The position numbers were made by a program, and so were the translations under genes. A stretch of DNA of 63,052 nt, the filler included, from Octopus bimaculoides (Eukaryota): assembly GCF_001194135.2 (NCBI RefSeq). It is 9 parts of 6 records of this genome, joined end to end, with 100 filler letters (N's around TTAATTAATTAA, not from the genome) between each part and the next. Parts side by side here need not be neighbours in the genome. Positions count along the whole stretch, not along the records: positions 21,513 to 32,776 come from NC_068983.1; positions 32,877 to 41,396 come from NC_068994.1; 7 more parts are not named here. The stretch is one strand, 5' to 3'. The notes under the pieces were generated by a model. The model saw nothing but the letters and a program-made list of their open reading frames with translations. It searched no databases and was not told where the DNA came from. Of the stretch, positions 23,668 through 36,401 are shown one piece after another. Each line of letters begins with the position of its first letter. The stretch's first letter is position 1.

Positions 23668-23880
23668 TTTATTTATTTCAGTCATTGAACTGTGGCCATG
23701 CTGGGGCACTGCCATGAAGGGTGGTTTAGTCGAACAAATCAATCCCACTACTTCTCTTTTTTAAGCTTGGTAATAATTTTATCTATCTCTGCCGAACAGA
23801 TGAGTTACGGGGGATGTAAACAAGCCAACACTGGTTGTCACAGTGTTAGGGTGACAAACACATACACAAAGACACACAAC
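23668..23880 (-). mobile_element. SINE family A 3' half
   Basis: tttcagtcattgaactgtggccatgctggggcactgcc...ccaacactggttgtca. Confidence 0.75.
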
Positions 23881-23887
23881 ACACGCA

Positions 23888-24076
23888 GGCGCAGGAGTGA
23901 CTGTGTGGTAAGTAGCTTGCTTACCGACCACATGGTCTCGGCTTCAGTCCCACTGCGTGGCACCTTGGGCAAGTGTCTTCTACTATAGCCTCGGGCCGAC
24001 CAAAGCCTTGTGAGTGGATTTGGTAGACGGAAACTGAAAGAAGCCCGTCGTATATATCTATATCTATCTATCTATC

Positions 24077-24110
<34 letters not shown>

Positions 24111-24218
24111 AGTGTGTGTATGTGTTTGTGTTTGTCCCCCTAGCATTGCTTGACAACCGATGCTGGTGTGTTTGTGTCCCCGTCACTTAGCGGCTCGGCA
24201 AAAGAGACCGATAGAATA
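23888..24218 (+). mobile_element. SINE family A, young copy cut by gap
   Basis: ggcgcaggagtgactgtgtggtaag...aaagagaccgatagaata. Confidence 0.9.
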
Positions 24219-24858
24219 NNNNNNNNNNNNNNNNNNNNNNNNNNNNNNNNNNNNNNNNNNNNNNNNNNNNNNNNNNNNNNNNNNNNNNNNNNNNNNNNNN
24301 NNNNNNNNNNNNNNNNNNNNNNNNNNNNNNNNNNNNNNNNNNNNNNNNNNNNNNNNNNNNNNNNNNNNNNNNNNNNNNNNNNNNNNNNNNNNNNNNNNNN
24401 NNNNNNNNNNNNNNNNNNNNNNNNNNNNNNNNNNNNNNNNNNNNNNNNNNNNNNNNNNNNNNNNNNNNNNNNNNNNNNNNNNNNNNNNNNNNNNNNNNNN
24501 NNNNNNNNNNNNNNNNNNNNNNNNNNNNNNNNNNNNNNNNNNNNNNNNNNNNNNNNNNNNNNNNNNNNNNNNNNNNNNNNNNNNNNNNNNNNNNNNNNNN
24601 NNNNNNNNNNNNNNNNNNNNNNNNNNNNNNNNNNNNNNNNNNNNNNNNNNNNNNNNNNNNNNNNNNNNNNNNNNNNNNNNNNNNNNNNNNNNNNNNNNNN
24701 NNNNNNNNNNNNNNNNNNNNNNNNNNNNNNNNNNNNNNNNNNNNNNNNNNNNNNNNNNNNNNNNNNNNNNNNNNNNNNNNNNNNNNNNNNNNNNNNNNNN
24801 NNNNNNNNNNNNNNNNNNNTATATATATATATATATACACACAGACAGACAGGCAAAC

Positions 24859-24923
<65 letters not shown>

Positions 24924-25539
24924 TCTTACAGCTTTCCCCCCTGTTTAGTATCTATTTTTCTCTAGCTTCTTGTCTTTTCCTTTTTTACGCTGATAGAACT
25001 GCACAAGTGTTTTCGTGAGAAAGTGATACTGTATAATCAATTTGATTCCAATCTACATAAAGTATATTAAATGTTATTAGCATATGCCCAGAAGTTTTAA
25101 ACTCTTTCACCGTCGTTGTTTTCATATAAGAAAAACTACTATTGTTTTATATTCCGTACAAGTCAACAAGAAGATATTAACCTCAATATAATTGTTCAAT
25201 CTGCTAGAAATAGCAACCAAATCTCTAAAACTTACACCCTGTCGTCCTAGAAAAAGATATATTCGTTAATGAGATTTTAGGTAGATTTTGAGTGAAATAA
25301 AGACAAAATGGTGACGGCCGATCATGGTCTTTTCAATGAGGTGTTTCCTAGGGCTAAACAGTAGCAATAACAACGGCTGTAGCAACTGCTTGCAGACGAT
25401 AAAATACAATATATAACACTGACTTTGTAATACAAGGATTTTGCAAGAAAGAACTGTAGGGCTATGTTAGCAACCGAGGTGTTTGGTAGAGTTTATTGAA
25501 GTAATTGACTGGGGAGTGTTGGGTTTTGTTGAGCGTCAA

Positions 25540-26463
25540 GGTGAATGTTAGGAAAAAAAAAAGGTGGAGTTTAGGAAAGAAATGAGACAGGGAGGGGAGA
25601 ATGAGAACAACAGGAGTTTGTTGAGGTAGGAGGAAGCGGAGAATGCGTAGAAATGAGAAAAAAGTAAAAAGAGGAAAATAATAATAATAATAAAAAGATA
25701 AGACAAGGAAATAAGATGAAATAAGAGTAGGAGTAGAAGGTGGATGATGAGGAGGAGGAGATTACGGTGGGAAGGAAAGCGAGAGAAGAAGGAAGAGAGG
25801 GAGTATGTAAGAAAAAAGTTTTGAGTTGGTGTGTAAGATAAGTAAGTGGTAGGCAGAGTGATGATGAGTAGAGAGGGGAAAAGAAAGACGGAAATGTGTA
25901 AGAAGGTAAACGATAAGCAGAGAGGTGTAGAAAGAGGAAGGGGAGGACTGTAAGTAAAATTGTGACGGTAGGGAAACAGATAGATAGAGAGAGAGAGAGA
26001 GAAGAGAGGAGGAGAGAGTATTTGAGAAATAATGATTTCCAAAGAAGAGGGAGAGGAGAAGGAGGAATGTGAGAAGACGCAAACCAGTTGGATGTGATGG
26101 GGGAGGGGAAGGAGGAAACAAAAAAGAAGGGGGTAGTGGGAAATTATCAAAAAACAAAAAGAAGTGTAAGAGGAATAAAGAAACGAACTTGTTGCTCGAC
26201 CAAAAAGGAAAGGGGAAGAAGGAGGAGGTGGAAGAAGAGAAGAAAAATGGCTGCAGTAGAAGACTAGAAGTGATGGGGTTAGTGTTGTTGTTGTTATTGT
26301 TGTTGTAATAGTAATGATATATGTCATCGTTTTTTGTTGTTGCTGTTGCTGTTGTTTTTGTTGTTGTTGTTGTTGTGATGACGGTGGGGGTGGGTTAAGT
26401 TGGAAATGGAAAAAAGAAAACGAAAGGAACACAAAAAGAAAGAAGAAAAGACCTAAGACGAAT

Positions 26464-26497
<34 letters not shown>

Positions 26498-26814
26498 TGC
26501 AGCAGCAGCAGTAGTAGTAGTAGCAGTTTTTGTTGGTGGTGTTGTTGTTGTTGTTGTTGTGGCTGTTGTTGGTGTTGGTGGTGTTGGTGGTGATGGGGTA
26601 GTGATGAATTTGATGATGAAGAAGAAGAAGAAGAAGAAGAAGAAGAAGAAGAAGAAGAAGAAGAAATGGTAAACGAATTTGCTGGGAATGAGTTAACAGT
26701 GAGAGAAAGAAACAAACAATCTGAGTATTCATCACCACCCACTACCTTCTCCGCAATCATCATTACTACTAAAAACCCACAACACCATCTCTACCACCAC
26801 CATCTTATCAAGTG

Positions 26815-26890
<76 letters not shown>

Positions 26891-26900
26891 ACTACTAGCA
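25540..26900. repeat. Purine-rich low-complexity tract with TTG, TAG/CAG, GAA, CTA/CTG trinucleotide arrays
   Basis: Direct reading. Confidence 0.9.
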
Positions 26901-27085
26901 ATAGTAGTAGAAGTTGTAATATTCTTTTATATGTTTCAGTCATTTGTCTGTAGTCATACTGGAGCACCTCCTTGAACAAATCGACCCTAGGACTTTCCCG
27001 AGCGTTAAACTAATACATCCTTTTGTTGTTTACACCACCTGTCCTCCTCTGTTGTTTTTTTTTTTCGTAAATTCTCCCATATATA

Positions 27086-27525
27086 CTCTTTTACTCTTTT
27101 ACTTGTTTCAGTCTTTTGACTGTGGCCATGCTGGAGCACCACCTTTAGTCGAGCAAATCGACCCCAGGACTTAGCCTAGTACTTATTCTATCGGTCTCTT
27201 TTGCCGAACCGACCGCTAAGTTACGGGGACATAAACACACCAGCATCGGTTGTCAAGCGATGTTGGGGGGAGAAACACAGACACACAAACATATACATAT
27301 ATATATATACATATATACGACGGGCTTCTTTCAGTTTCTGTCTACCAAATCCACTCACAAGGTTTTGGTCGGCCCGAGGCTATAGTNNNNNNNNNNNNNN
27401 NNNNNNNNNNNNNNNNNNNNNNNNNNNNNNNNNNNNNNNGACACTTGCCCAAGATGCCACGCAGTGGGACTGAACCCGGGACCATGTGGTTGGTAAGCAA
27501 GCTACTTACCACACAGCCGCTCCTA
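27086..27525 (-). mobile_element. SINE family A
   Basis: Full length. A tail fragment at ~26930-26995 and an internally deleted head at ~27540-27645 lie alongside. Confidence 0.9.
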
Positions 27526-27674
27526 CATATATATATATATACGAAGGATTTCTTTCAGTTTCCGTCGACGAAGTCCTTTCGCAAGGCTTTGGTCGGGCCC
27601 GCAGTGAGACTGAACCCGAAACCATGTGGTCGGGCACTCCTGCACCTAGTAGTAGTAGTAGTAGTAGTAGTAGC

Positions 27675-27721
<47 letters not shown>

Positions 27722-28052
27722 AATTCACACGACTACACCCAGTAACAGAAAATAACTTCGTGCCAACAAGGGAACCTATAAGCGGTCTTCCGACAGGCTA
27801 GATATAGAAGCCAAATCTCATTCAAATCAGAATCTTACTACTTAAAAACGAAGGGATAATGTATTGAATAATGTAATCCTAAATACGCTGTGACTGAAAA
27901 ATAAGACTGGATGGTTACGGATAGAACGCTTTTGATTATAGTTTTTTCTTTTCTTTTTCTTTAACTGGCCCTGATAAACAGTAACAACATCAAACATATT
28001 ATCACAAACCTCAATAGCAGTGTCCTCACACCACCATTGTCATAAACACTGT

Positions 28053-28385
28053 AAGGCGGCAGAATCGTTATCATGCCGGACGAAGTGTTTAGCGGTATTT
28101 CGTCTGTCTTCGCGTTCTGACTTCAAATGCCGCTAGGGTCGACTTTGCGTTTCGAGGTCGATAGACTAAGTGTTTTTTTTTTCTCCACAACATCACACCT
28201 TCATAGCAATTAGACTGGAAGATTATAGCCGATTTTCAAATTGCTTTACTTCTTTTTAAAAAATGTATATCTTGCGAAGGAAAAAAACTAGATCCAGTAC
28301 CAGTTACGCACTGGGGTCGATGTAATCGACTCGTTCCTTCCCCCAAAAATTCAGGCCTTGTGCCTATAGTAGAAAGGATTATCAT
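28053..28385 (+). mobile_element. SINE family C, split (28053-28165 and 28295-28385)
   Basis: aaggcggcagaatcgttatc...gtcgactttgc and gcactggggtcgatgtaatcgact...tagtagaaagga. Confidence 0.7.
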
Positions 28386-28649
28386 AATCACTTGTCCGAA
28401 AATCGATGGAATTGTCACGGCTGGAATAGCTTTGTTTCTTAAGCAAGCACGATCAGGATTGACCGACGACTAAACAGCAACATACTTAATGCGTTGTCCG
28501 GTTGAACACCACCTACTGCCCTTGGATGACTTAAGCGGGCTTCACTCTACTGCACATTTCGAATAAAGTCTTCAGTTTATGGATAATATCCTTCTATTCT
28601 TCAAATCGTCTCAGAGACTTTGAAAAATAAAAGGTCATGGATGATGCTA

Positions 28650-29290
28650 GTCCCACTGCGTAGCGCTTTGTGCGAGTCTTCTCCGTTATAGCTCTGGGTC
28701 AATCAATGCTTTGTGAATACCTTTAATACATGAAAACTGTGAGGAAGCCCGTTTGGTATATGTGTGAGTGTTTGTGTTTCCCCATCACCATCTAACAACC
28801 GATATTGGTTTGCCTACGTCACCGTAATTTAGAATAAGTATCAAGCTTAAGAGTGGAGGCGCAATGGCACAGTGGTTAGGGCAGCGGACTCGCGGTCACA
28901 GGATCGTGGTTTCGATTCCCAGACCGGGCGTAGTGAGTGTTTATTGAGCGAAAACACCTAAAGCTCCACGAGGCTCCGGCAGGGGATGGGGGCGAACCCT
29001 GGTGTACTTTTCCACCACAACTTTCTCTCACTCTTACTTCCTGTTTCTGTTGTGCCTGTAATTCAAAGGGTCAGCCTTGTCACACTGTGTCACGCTGAAT
29101 ATCCCCGAGAACTACGTTAAGGGTACACGTGTCTGTGGAGTGCTCAGCCACTTGCACGTTAATTTCACGAGCAGGCTGTTCCATTGATGGGATCAACTGG
29201 AACCCTCGACGTCGTAAGCGACGGAGTGCCAACAACAACAACAAGCTTAAGAATAAGTACTGGGGTCGATTTATTATTTATAATTTAAGT
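28650..29290 (+). mobile_element. Decayed SINE family A split by a family B insertion
   Basis: Head at 28650-28850; tail resumes aataagtactggggtcgat after 29252. Confidence 0.6.
28853..29241 (+). mobile_element. SINE family B: tRNA-Arg-like head, (AAC)n tail; full length with TSD
   Basis: Head gtggaggcgcaatggcacagtggttagggcagcggacTCGcggtc...ggtttcgattccc (anticodon position TCG); 11-bp TSD caagcttaaga at 28842-28852 and 29242-29252. Plausibly the octopus OR-type SINE (from memory, unverified). Confidence 0.9.
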
Positions 29291-29533
29291 GACCGCAAAA
29301 AAATTATGGGAATCTCACAGTTGAAATGTCTTCCATTTTAAGTCTGTTTTATTAAGGTTATTCCGAGGCTAAGCAATAGCAACAAAAATTACTCAAACGA
29401 TTTGTTAGAAATAGCTGCCAAATCTATATCAAATTGGATCCTACCGGAACACATTGGATAATGTAAGTCAGTGGGAACTGCACCATTCAACAACTAACTC
29501 TTGCTATCACCACCATCATCTTACCATTTATAT

Positions 29534-29783
29534 CAGTGATTCTGAACCGTTTTATTGCCTTTTGATTCCTATTTTATTCTGGTGGACCCTCGTAGCCATT
29601 CGCTGATTTAAAAATCCGGTTACACTCTTATAACTAAATATTCTTAGGAATTGTATTAAAAAAATTGTTAAAATATTTAGAGTATTGTAAAAGTATAACC
29701 AATTTATTGCCCATAAATTTTAACAACGAAATGTTATATGGGCCCCCCCAAATGATCACGTGGACTCCGGTTGAGAACCACTG
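29534..29783. mobile_element. 250-bp hAT-type MITE
   Basis: 15-bp TIRs cagtgattctgaacc and ggttgagaaccactg (2 mismatches); 8-bp flanks atttatat and atctacat (6/8) as decayed TSD. Confidence 0.75.
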
Positions 29784-31141
29784 ATCTACATTACGAATCC
29801 ACCTCAACACTGACGCCGACAATAAATTAAACAAAACTAACACACACACACACACACACTTTGCAACAGTCATCATCATCACTTTCAACATAGCGCCATC
29901 ACAGTCACCGCTATCAATTCTAGTTCTATTACCATTGTTTATATACCGTCTTTGATATCGCCATTATCACACCACTTCTATGAACTCAACATCAGCATTA
30001 GCATCTACAGCCGATGCATCACAAAAAATCATCACCAACAGCAGACAGCACAACAGCAATAAGAGTAACAATAAAACTATCATTATCTCATCATTTTCCA
30101 GCAGCATCAGTTACTCAATCGCCACCACCACTACCCTACCACTACGACCATAACTAAGAACACTGTCACCATCCTCTCATCACTACCACCATCACCAACA
30201 TAACTATCATTATCTCACGAACACAGCTGATACAGCATTCATCGCCACAAAAAAAACCGTACCAGTAAAGGCAGCAACACATTCTCAAACAGGAAATAAA
30301 TGCCTTTTCAAGACATTATTTTCATACTGTCGATTAGTTTCTTTTGCTGTCGGCTGCTTCTTACAAACAGGTGAGAGGAAATTTTCACCTTTAGTTACGG
30401 TTGTTAGAGTTCCGTCACAACATGAATGTCATTCTGGGACAAACTGGGACAAAGTTTCGGCTGTAACAGCCATTGCTACCGCTGCTATTATTACTAAGAA
30501 TCAGAAAAACAACAGCAACACCATCGATAGAATCAACGGATCTAGTCTTTTTTCATTAGCAAAATGAGCCCCTTTTAATTTTGCTCAAATTGCTTTCAAT
30601 TTTGGTGTATCGATACTACTCTGAATTTTGATTATGATCAATCAATTACTTTATCTCGTAAATTAAAGATTCTGATGTTATTTGGAATTAAAGCTTGGAA
30701 ATCTTAGCCAATTAACAGACAGCGAGGCATTAACAGCTTGTTACCATGAAAACCGCATATATATATATATATATATATATANNNNNNNNNNNNNNNNNNN
30801 NNNNNNNNNNNNNNNNNNNNNNNNNNNNNNNNNNNNNNNNNNNNNNNNNNNNNNNNNNNNNNNNNNNNNNNNNNNNNNNNNNNNNNNNNNNNNNNNNNNN
30901 NNNNNNNNNNNNNNNNNNNNNNNNNNNNNNNNNNNNNNNNNNNNNNNNNNNNNNNNNNNNNNNNNNNNNNNNNNNNNNNNNNNNNNNNNNNNNNNNNNNN
31001 NNNNNNNNNNNNNNNNNNNNNNNNNNNNNNNNNNNNNNNNNNNNNNNNNNNNNNNNNNNNNNNNNNNNNNNNNNNNNNNNNNNNNNNNNNNNNNNNNNGG
31101 TAGGTAGATACATATACTAGTTATATATACTTAAATATTTA

Positions 31142-31195
<54 letters not shown>

Positions 31196-31349
31196 GGTGT
31201 GTGTATGTACTAGGTGACTCAAAAGCCTCTTTGGTATTAAACACTATCGAGTCCTAAAGAAAAACAAATTGTATTTAATTACATTCAGAGAAATATATAC
31301 ATGCATACATATATACATACGTACATACATACATACGTACATACATACA

Positions 31350-31381
<32 letters not shown>

Positions 31382-31384
31382 CAC

Positions 31385-32385
31385 ACGAATAGCCAGATTA
31401 ATACCTCCCACTTTGAAGGATATGCATTTGCAATCCAGGAACAGGAAATATCAAGCAACTACGTGGATGCACAAAAGGGATAGAGATGCGGGAAAAGCCG
31501 TATAATGTGACAAGCGATACAGACTTTGTTGAGTTCACACTGAAGATATCACGCACATCATAAGCAGTTGTCCGAAAATGTCATCGCGGTTTTATCTACC
31601 GATGAGATACGACCTTGTAGCTAGGACACTCGATAATGAAATCCGTCGGAAGCACAAAGAAATAAAAACCCACAATATGGTAGAAGCCATAGCTACTGAT
31701 AATAAAAAAGAATACTGGTGGAACGTACCAGTGAAAACCTCAGTAAAATGTAAGCACAATACACCTGATATAATGATTTGGGATAGAGAAGAGAAACTGT
31801 GCACAGTTGTGGAAATCGGCTGCGCAGCGGATGTCAACATAAAGCTGAAGATCAGTGAAAAAGAGAATACCTACATATAAATCTACAGTTACTCTATCCA
31901 GACTACGAGTTCAGGTTTATATCTGTAATTATTGGGACCTTGGGATATGTAAGACACTGCCTAAATACCAATCTTGAGAAATTAGGCTTCTCAAAACCAG
32001 AAAGGAGAAAGNNNNNNNNNNATACCAATCTTGAGAAATTAGGCTTCTCAAAACCAGAAAGGAGAAAGCTAATTCGAAGACTACAGATCCAACCATTACT
32101 GGAACGGTAAAAATCTGTAAAACGTTCCAGAAGTTTATCATTTAAATATATATGAGCATGTCTGTCTAGACATGCAACTACATGCTTGAGAATACATACA
32201 TAATACATACAAATCTGCACATACATACATACATACATACATACATACATACATACATACAAACAAGCAAAAATACCCTGTTGTTGGTGTTGAAATTCCA
32301 ATGAAGGAATCTTGGATCTAGGTGAGAAACCGGTTCTTTCTCTATTGGCAAGAAATCTTGAAATAAACTGAATAATGACATACAT
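31385..32385 (+). mobile_element. R4-type RLE LINE, 5'-truncated, flanked by (TACA)n
   Basis: EGYAFAIQEQEI, CDKRYRLC*VHTEDITHIISSCPKMSSRFYLPMRYD, EYWWNVPVKTSVKCKHNTPDIMIWD...VEIGC, IIGTLG. The 3' UTR ends aataaactgaataatga, then (CATA)n. Confidence 0.85.
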
Positions 32386-32876
32386 ACATACATACATACA
32401 TACATACAAAACCGATTATAACAGTGACTCGATCAATTCCCAGCGATGTCTGAAGAAGGAATTTTTATATTCCGAAATATATTATATCAGACTATGAATA
32501 AGTAAATTATAACAATTATTATAGTCCACTCAGCATTGTTGTGCCATTCAAGACACGTTATATTTCACAAAAAATACACAATGCTTCAAAGGAACTACAA
32601 TACTCTCCTATGCATAGATAGATAGATAGATAGATAGATAACTTTCTTTTATTAGCCACACAGGGCTGCACACAGAGGGGACAAATACAACTGTAGAGCT
32701 TTTCTTTAAGAAAAAAAAAAAATCCGATCAAAAGGGATCGGTAGGGGCAAAAAAAAAATGGGGGTATCGTATATCANNNNNNNNNNNNNNNNNNNNNNNN
32801 NNNNNNNNNNNNNNNNNNNNTTAATTAATTAANNNNNNNNNNNNNNNNNNNNNNNNNNNNNNNNNNNNNNNNNNNN

Positions 32877-32944
32877 AATAATAACAATAATAATAATAAA
32901 AATAAAAATAATAATAATAATAATAATAATCATAATAATAATAA

Positions 32945-32975
<31 letters not shown>

Positions 32976-33001
32976 AATCATAATAATAACAATAATAATA
33001 A

Positions 33002-33032
<31 letters not shown>

Positions 33033-33125
33033 AATCATAATAATAATAATAATAATAAAAATAATAATAATAATCATAATAATAATCATAATAATAATAA
33101 TAATAATAATAACAACAATGATAAT
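32877..33125. repeat. (AAT)n array with periodic AAA/CAT variants (~48-bp higher-order period), starting ~13 nt into the intron after ENTPD exon C
   Basis: The minus-frame translation shows F and D recurring at 8-codon spacing within poly-Y. Confidence 0.85.
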
Positions 33126-33137
33126 AAAGGCACTTAC

Positions 33138-33301
33138 CTTCAATGCCATGAGCAAACTTGTTTAAGATATAGTTGACAGCAATCCAACCATAGACACCTT
33201 CTTGTTTGCCAGTGATAACTTCAAAATTATTCTTAGCCACAACAAATTTGAAATACTTTGGTATGGATGTTTGCAGTTCTTCCAAAATACTGGCTTGGGC
33301 A
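33138..33301 (-). CDS. ENTPD4/7: ENTPD4/7-like coding exon C (ACR3, catalytic Glu)
   Basis: (S)AQASILEELQTSIPKYFKFVVAKNNFEVITGKQEGVYGWIAVNYILNKFAHGIE(G). Acceptor ctcttcttgctAG|T, donor GAAG|GTAAGT; 164 nt, phase 2 to phase 1, in frame with exon B. Confidence 0.95.
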
Positions 33302-33916
33302 CTAGCAAGAAGAGAGGAGGGAAAAAGAATAAATGAATTCTTAGGGCAGAGAAAGGGCATAATTCCAGTTTCCACTTCACTAAGTGAACTGAGAACAAAT
33401 CTTTCTACATAGAGGAAAGCAGTTTGGTTGTAGCATTCTTTAGAAGACTGCAACAGAATAAACTCATGATCTTTGAGTTACCATACCTAATGGTATATAA
33501 GATTTACTTTTTCTTTTTTAATCTAAAAACGTCACCCTGGGTCCCATATTTGGAGTTGGGCCTATATTATATGCTTTAAAGTACTAAAAACCTTTTTTTT
33601 TTTCATTTCCTGAATATGCACTGCTTGTCTGGGTTGGATAGGCCTAAGAATTCCATCGTACTCCAATGTCTACTCTGGCATGGTTTCAACGGCTGAATGC
33701 CCTTCCTAAAACACCAACCACTCCATAATGTATACTGGGTGCTTTTTCATGAGTCCAGCACTAGAGAGGTTGCAATACAGCTTGCAAGATTAGGAACTCT
33801 GTAAATTTTTCAATAGTGACCTCTGATAAGAATTACTTGCATTGTCTACTCCATTTGCATTTTTCAACGCACCCTTCTACCAGTCACATTCTAGATAATA
33901 AGAATGGGAAGATCTT

Positions 33917-34060
33917 TTAAGGGCATCCAGCTGTAGAAACTCTGCCAAATTTAGATTGGAGCCTGGTGTTGCCATCCGGTTTCACCAGTCCTCAGTCAAG
34001 TCGTCCAACCCATGCTAGCATGGAAAGCGGACGTTAAACGATGATGATGATGATGATGAT
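33917..34060 (+). mobile_element. SINE family D tail in ENTPD intron
   Basis: aagggcatccagctgtagaaactctgcc...ggacgttaaacgatgatgat; an older opposite-strand tail lies at ~33655-33760. Confidence 0.85.
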
Positions 34061-34099
34061 ATGTGGCAATAGCAATATTTACTGCTGAATTTTATACAT

Positions 34100-34467
34100 A
34101 CTCTTTTACTCTTCTACTTGTTTCAGTCATGTGACTGCGGCCATGCTGGAGCACCACCTATAGTCGAGCAAATTGACCCCAGGACTTATTCTTTGTAAGC
34201 CTAGTAGTACTTATTCTATCGGTCTCTTTTTGCCGAACTGCTAAGTTACGGGGACACAAACACACCAGCATCGGTTGTCAAGTGATGGTGGGGGGACAAA
34301 CACACATACATATATACAACAGGCTTCTTTCAGTTTCCATCTACCAAATCCACTCCCAAGGCTTTGGTTGGCCCGAGGGGCTATAGTAGAAGACACTTGC
34401 CCAAGGTGACACGCAGTGGGACTGAACCCAGAACCATGTGGTTGGTAAGCAAGCTACTTACCACACA
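34100..34467 (-). mobile_element. SINE family A in the ENTPD intron between exons B and C
   Basis: Reverse complement of the family A consensus. Confidence 0.9.
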
Positions 34468-34624
34468 TTTATTTTTAAACTTAAACTCAATTCCACATTG
34501 TTCTCTCACCTGTTCTTTGCATTTTTGTGTGAAGAACCTTCAACCTTCAAGCAGCATAAACCTTAAAGAAAGGTAAAAAATTAAGAGAGCATTAAAATAA
34601 CCTCAAAATTATGTTACTGCTTAC

Positions 34625-34775
34625 CTTGCAGGCAAAACTCTCATGCCAGCAGTGGCAAGAATATATAACAGGGTCTCAGAATGTTTCCCTTCTGGTATAT
34701 TTTTGGCAGCATAGGATAACAATGGATGTAGATATTTGCTTGCTGCAGATGGATTAGAAGCAAATGTTGATAAAC
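34625..34775 (-). CDS. ENTPD4/7: ENTPD4/7-like coding exon B (ACR2)
   Basis: GLSTFASNPSAASKYLHPLLSYAAKNIPEGKHSETLLYILATAGMRVLPA(S). Acceptor tttcctgtAG|GT, donor GCAAG|GTAAGC; 151 nt, phase 1 to phase 2, in frame with exon A. Confidence 0.95.
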
Positions 34776-35828
34776 CTACAGGAAACAGAAAAACCAAAAA
34801 TGAGAACAATAAAGATACACATAAGAGCAATGACTACAATCAAGATATTTCTCCATTTACATCTATATTTTTTTTGAGCATTCATCTATGAAGAAGAACA
34901 AGCCTTTGTGTTTTCAATAGTTATTACTTGGTTGTGAGAAGTGAACAACCTGCATTAAATTCATTAATCATTAGGAATTAGAGCATTTAATCAAGTATAA
35001 GTCACAATATTTTATACTTGATTTCAACTGAATAAAGCTAGGGGGCAACTTACAAAGAGCAAAAACAAAACTATGACAAGAAAAAATTCTGTACCAAGAC
35101 TTAACACTAAATTAGGGGTGAAACTTGTACACGAGTAAGTAAAGCATTTCTCTAATGATCAAAAGAGCCCCACAGAGGATAATAATTGCATAAGGCTGTA
35201 AGGTGAGGTATACAAATCTTCTTGAAGAGATACAAAATGAAGTTAATACCTCTCAGAAGCCCTATGGTGGGTTGATGTAATTGTTAAATGTGAAAGTTCC
35301 AAGAAATTTTCAAAGATTCATAAGAGTTAATGCTTCACTCTGGTTGTATTATGTAGATAGTATGAAATAGAAATTTAATCCTATATTGGATACCAGACAG
35401 CAACATTCATTGAAAATCTGGCGCCTATTTCCAACACAAAGATTAAGGCTTTGCAAATGGCCTTGTAAAATAAGTTATTGGTGGCCATAAAAATCTATAG
35501 ATAAAAATAAATTACAACGAGTTAATTTGTCATGAAAGTGAAATAGCCAATGCTTCAGGTACTTGTCCTTCTTGAGAGAAAGGAATAATGCTTTTAAAAC
35601 TGAGCTGCAAATAAGTGAATAACAAAAGGAAATGGAGGAATTTTGTCAGGAGATAGATTTGAAGAAAGGGAGAAGGAAAAGTTAGATGTAGGAATAGTAT
35701 GATGAGGAGAGGAAAAAGCAGAAGAAGGATAATCAAAGAAGTAGGTAAGTGAGGTAGGAGAAGAGAGCAAAAGAGTGAAGAGGTTAAAAACAAAGGGACA
35801 TCACTAGCTTTCTTGGACTCTACATCTT

Positions 35829-36212
35829 GTTGTTGGCACTCCGTCACTTACGACGTCGAGGGTTCCAGTTGATCCGATCAACGGAACAGCCTGCTCGTGA
35901 AATTAACGTGCAAGTGGCTGAGCACTCCACAGACACCTGTACCTTTAACGTAGTTCTCGGGGATATTCAGCGTGACACAGAGTGACAAGGCTGACCCTTT
36001 GAAATACAGGCACAACAGAAACAGGAAGTAAGAGTGAGAGAAAGTTGTGGCGGAAGAGTACAGCAGGGTTCGCCACCATCCCCTGCCGGAGCCTTGTGGA
36101 GCTTTAGGTGTTTTCGCTCAATAAACACTCACAACGCCCGGTCTAGGAATCGAAACCGCGATCCTATGACCGCGAGTCCGCTGCCCTAACCACTGGGCCA
36201 TTGCGTCTCCAC
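35829..36212 (-). mobile_element. SINE family B in the ENTPD intron between exons A and B, with TSD
   Basis: Reverse complement of 28853-29241; TSD actctacatctt (35817-35828) and actccacatctt (36213-36224). Confidence 0.9.
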
Positions 36213-36401
36213 ACTCCACATCTTATCATATACTTTACCCTCTTGCTTATTTTCTCTATACATTATAATAAGCATTATAAAATATAAAACTGAGTTATGT
36301 ATTTTATTCCAAACTGAATTTCTTCTATGTGTAATAAATACTTGGACAAACAATAATTATTAACTCTTTCTTTGCATCAAAATGTACCAAATCAATCTCA
36401 C

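Noticed and set aside
25548-26432. 294-aa minus-strand ORF
   Set aside because: Reverse complement of a purine-rich low-complexity tract; L/F/S/P bias, no domain.
28853-28925. tRNA-Arg(TCG)-like sequence (also 13645, 14515, 21730-21799, 36140-36212)
   Set aside because: These continue into SINE bodies with tails and TSDs and lack a proper acceptor stem; they are SINE heads, not tRNA genes.
31965-32068. 47-bp direct repeat across a 10-N gap (similar cases at ~47320-47360 and ~51870-51980)
   Set aside because: Typical overlap of unmerged contig ends, not a biological duplication.
32877-33137. Poly-Tyr extension of the ENTPD reading frame
   Set aside because: Lies after a consensus GTAAGT donor; intronic (TAT)n.
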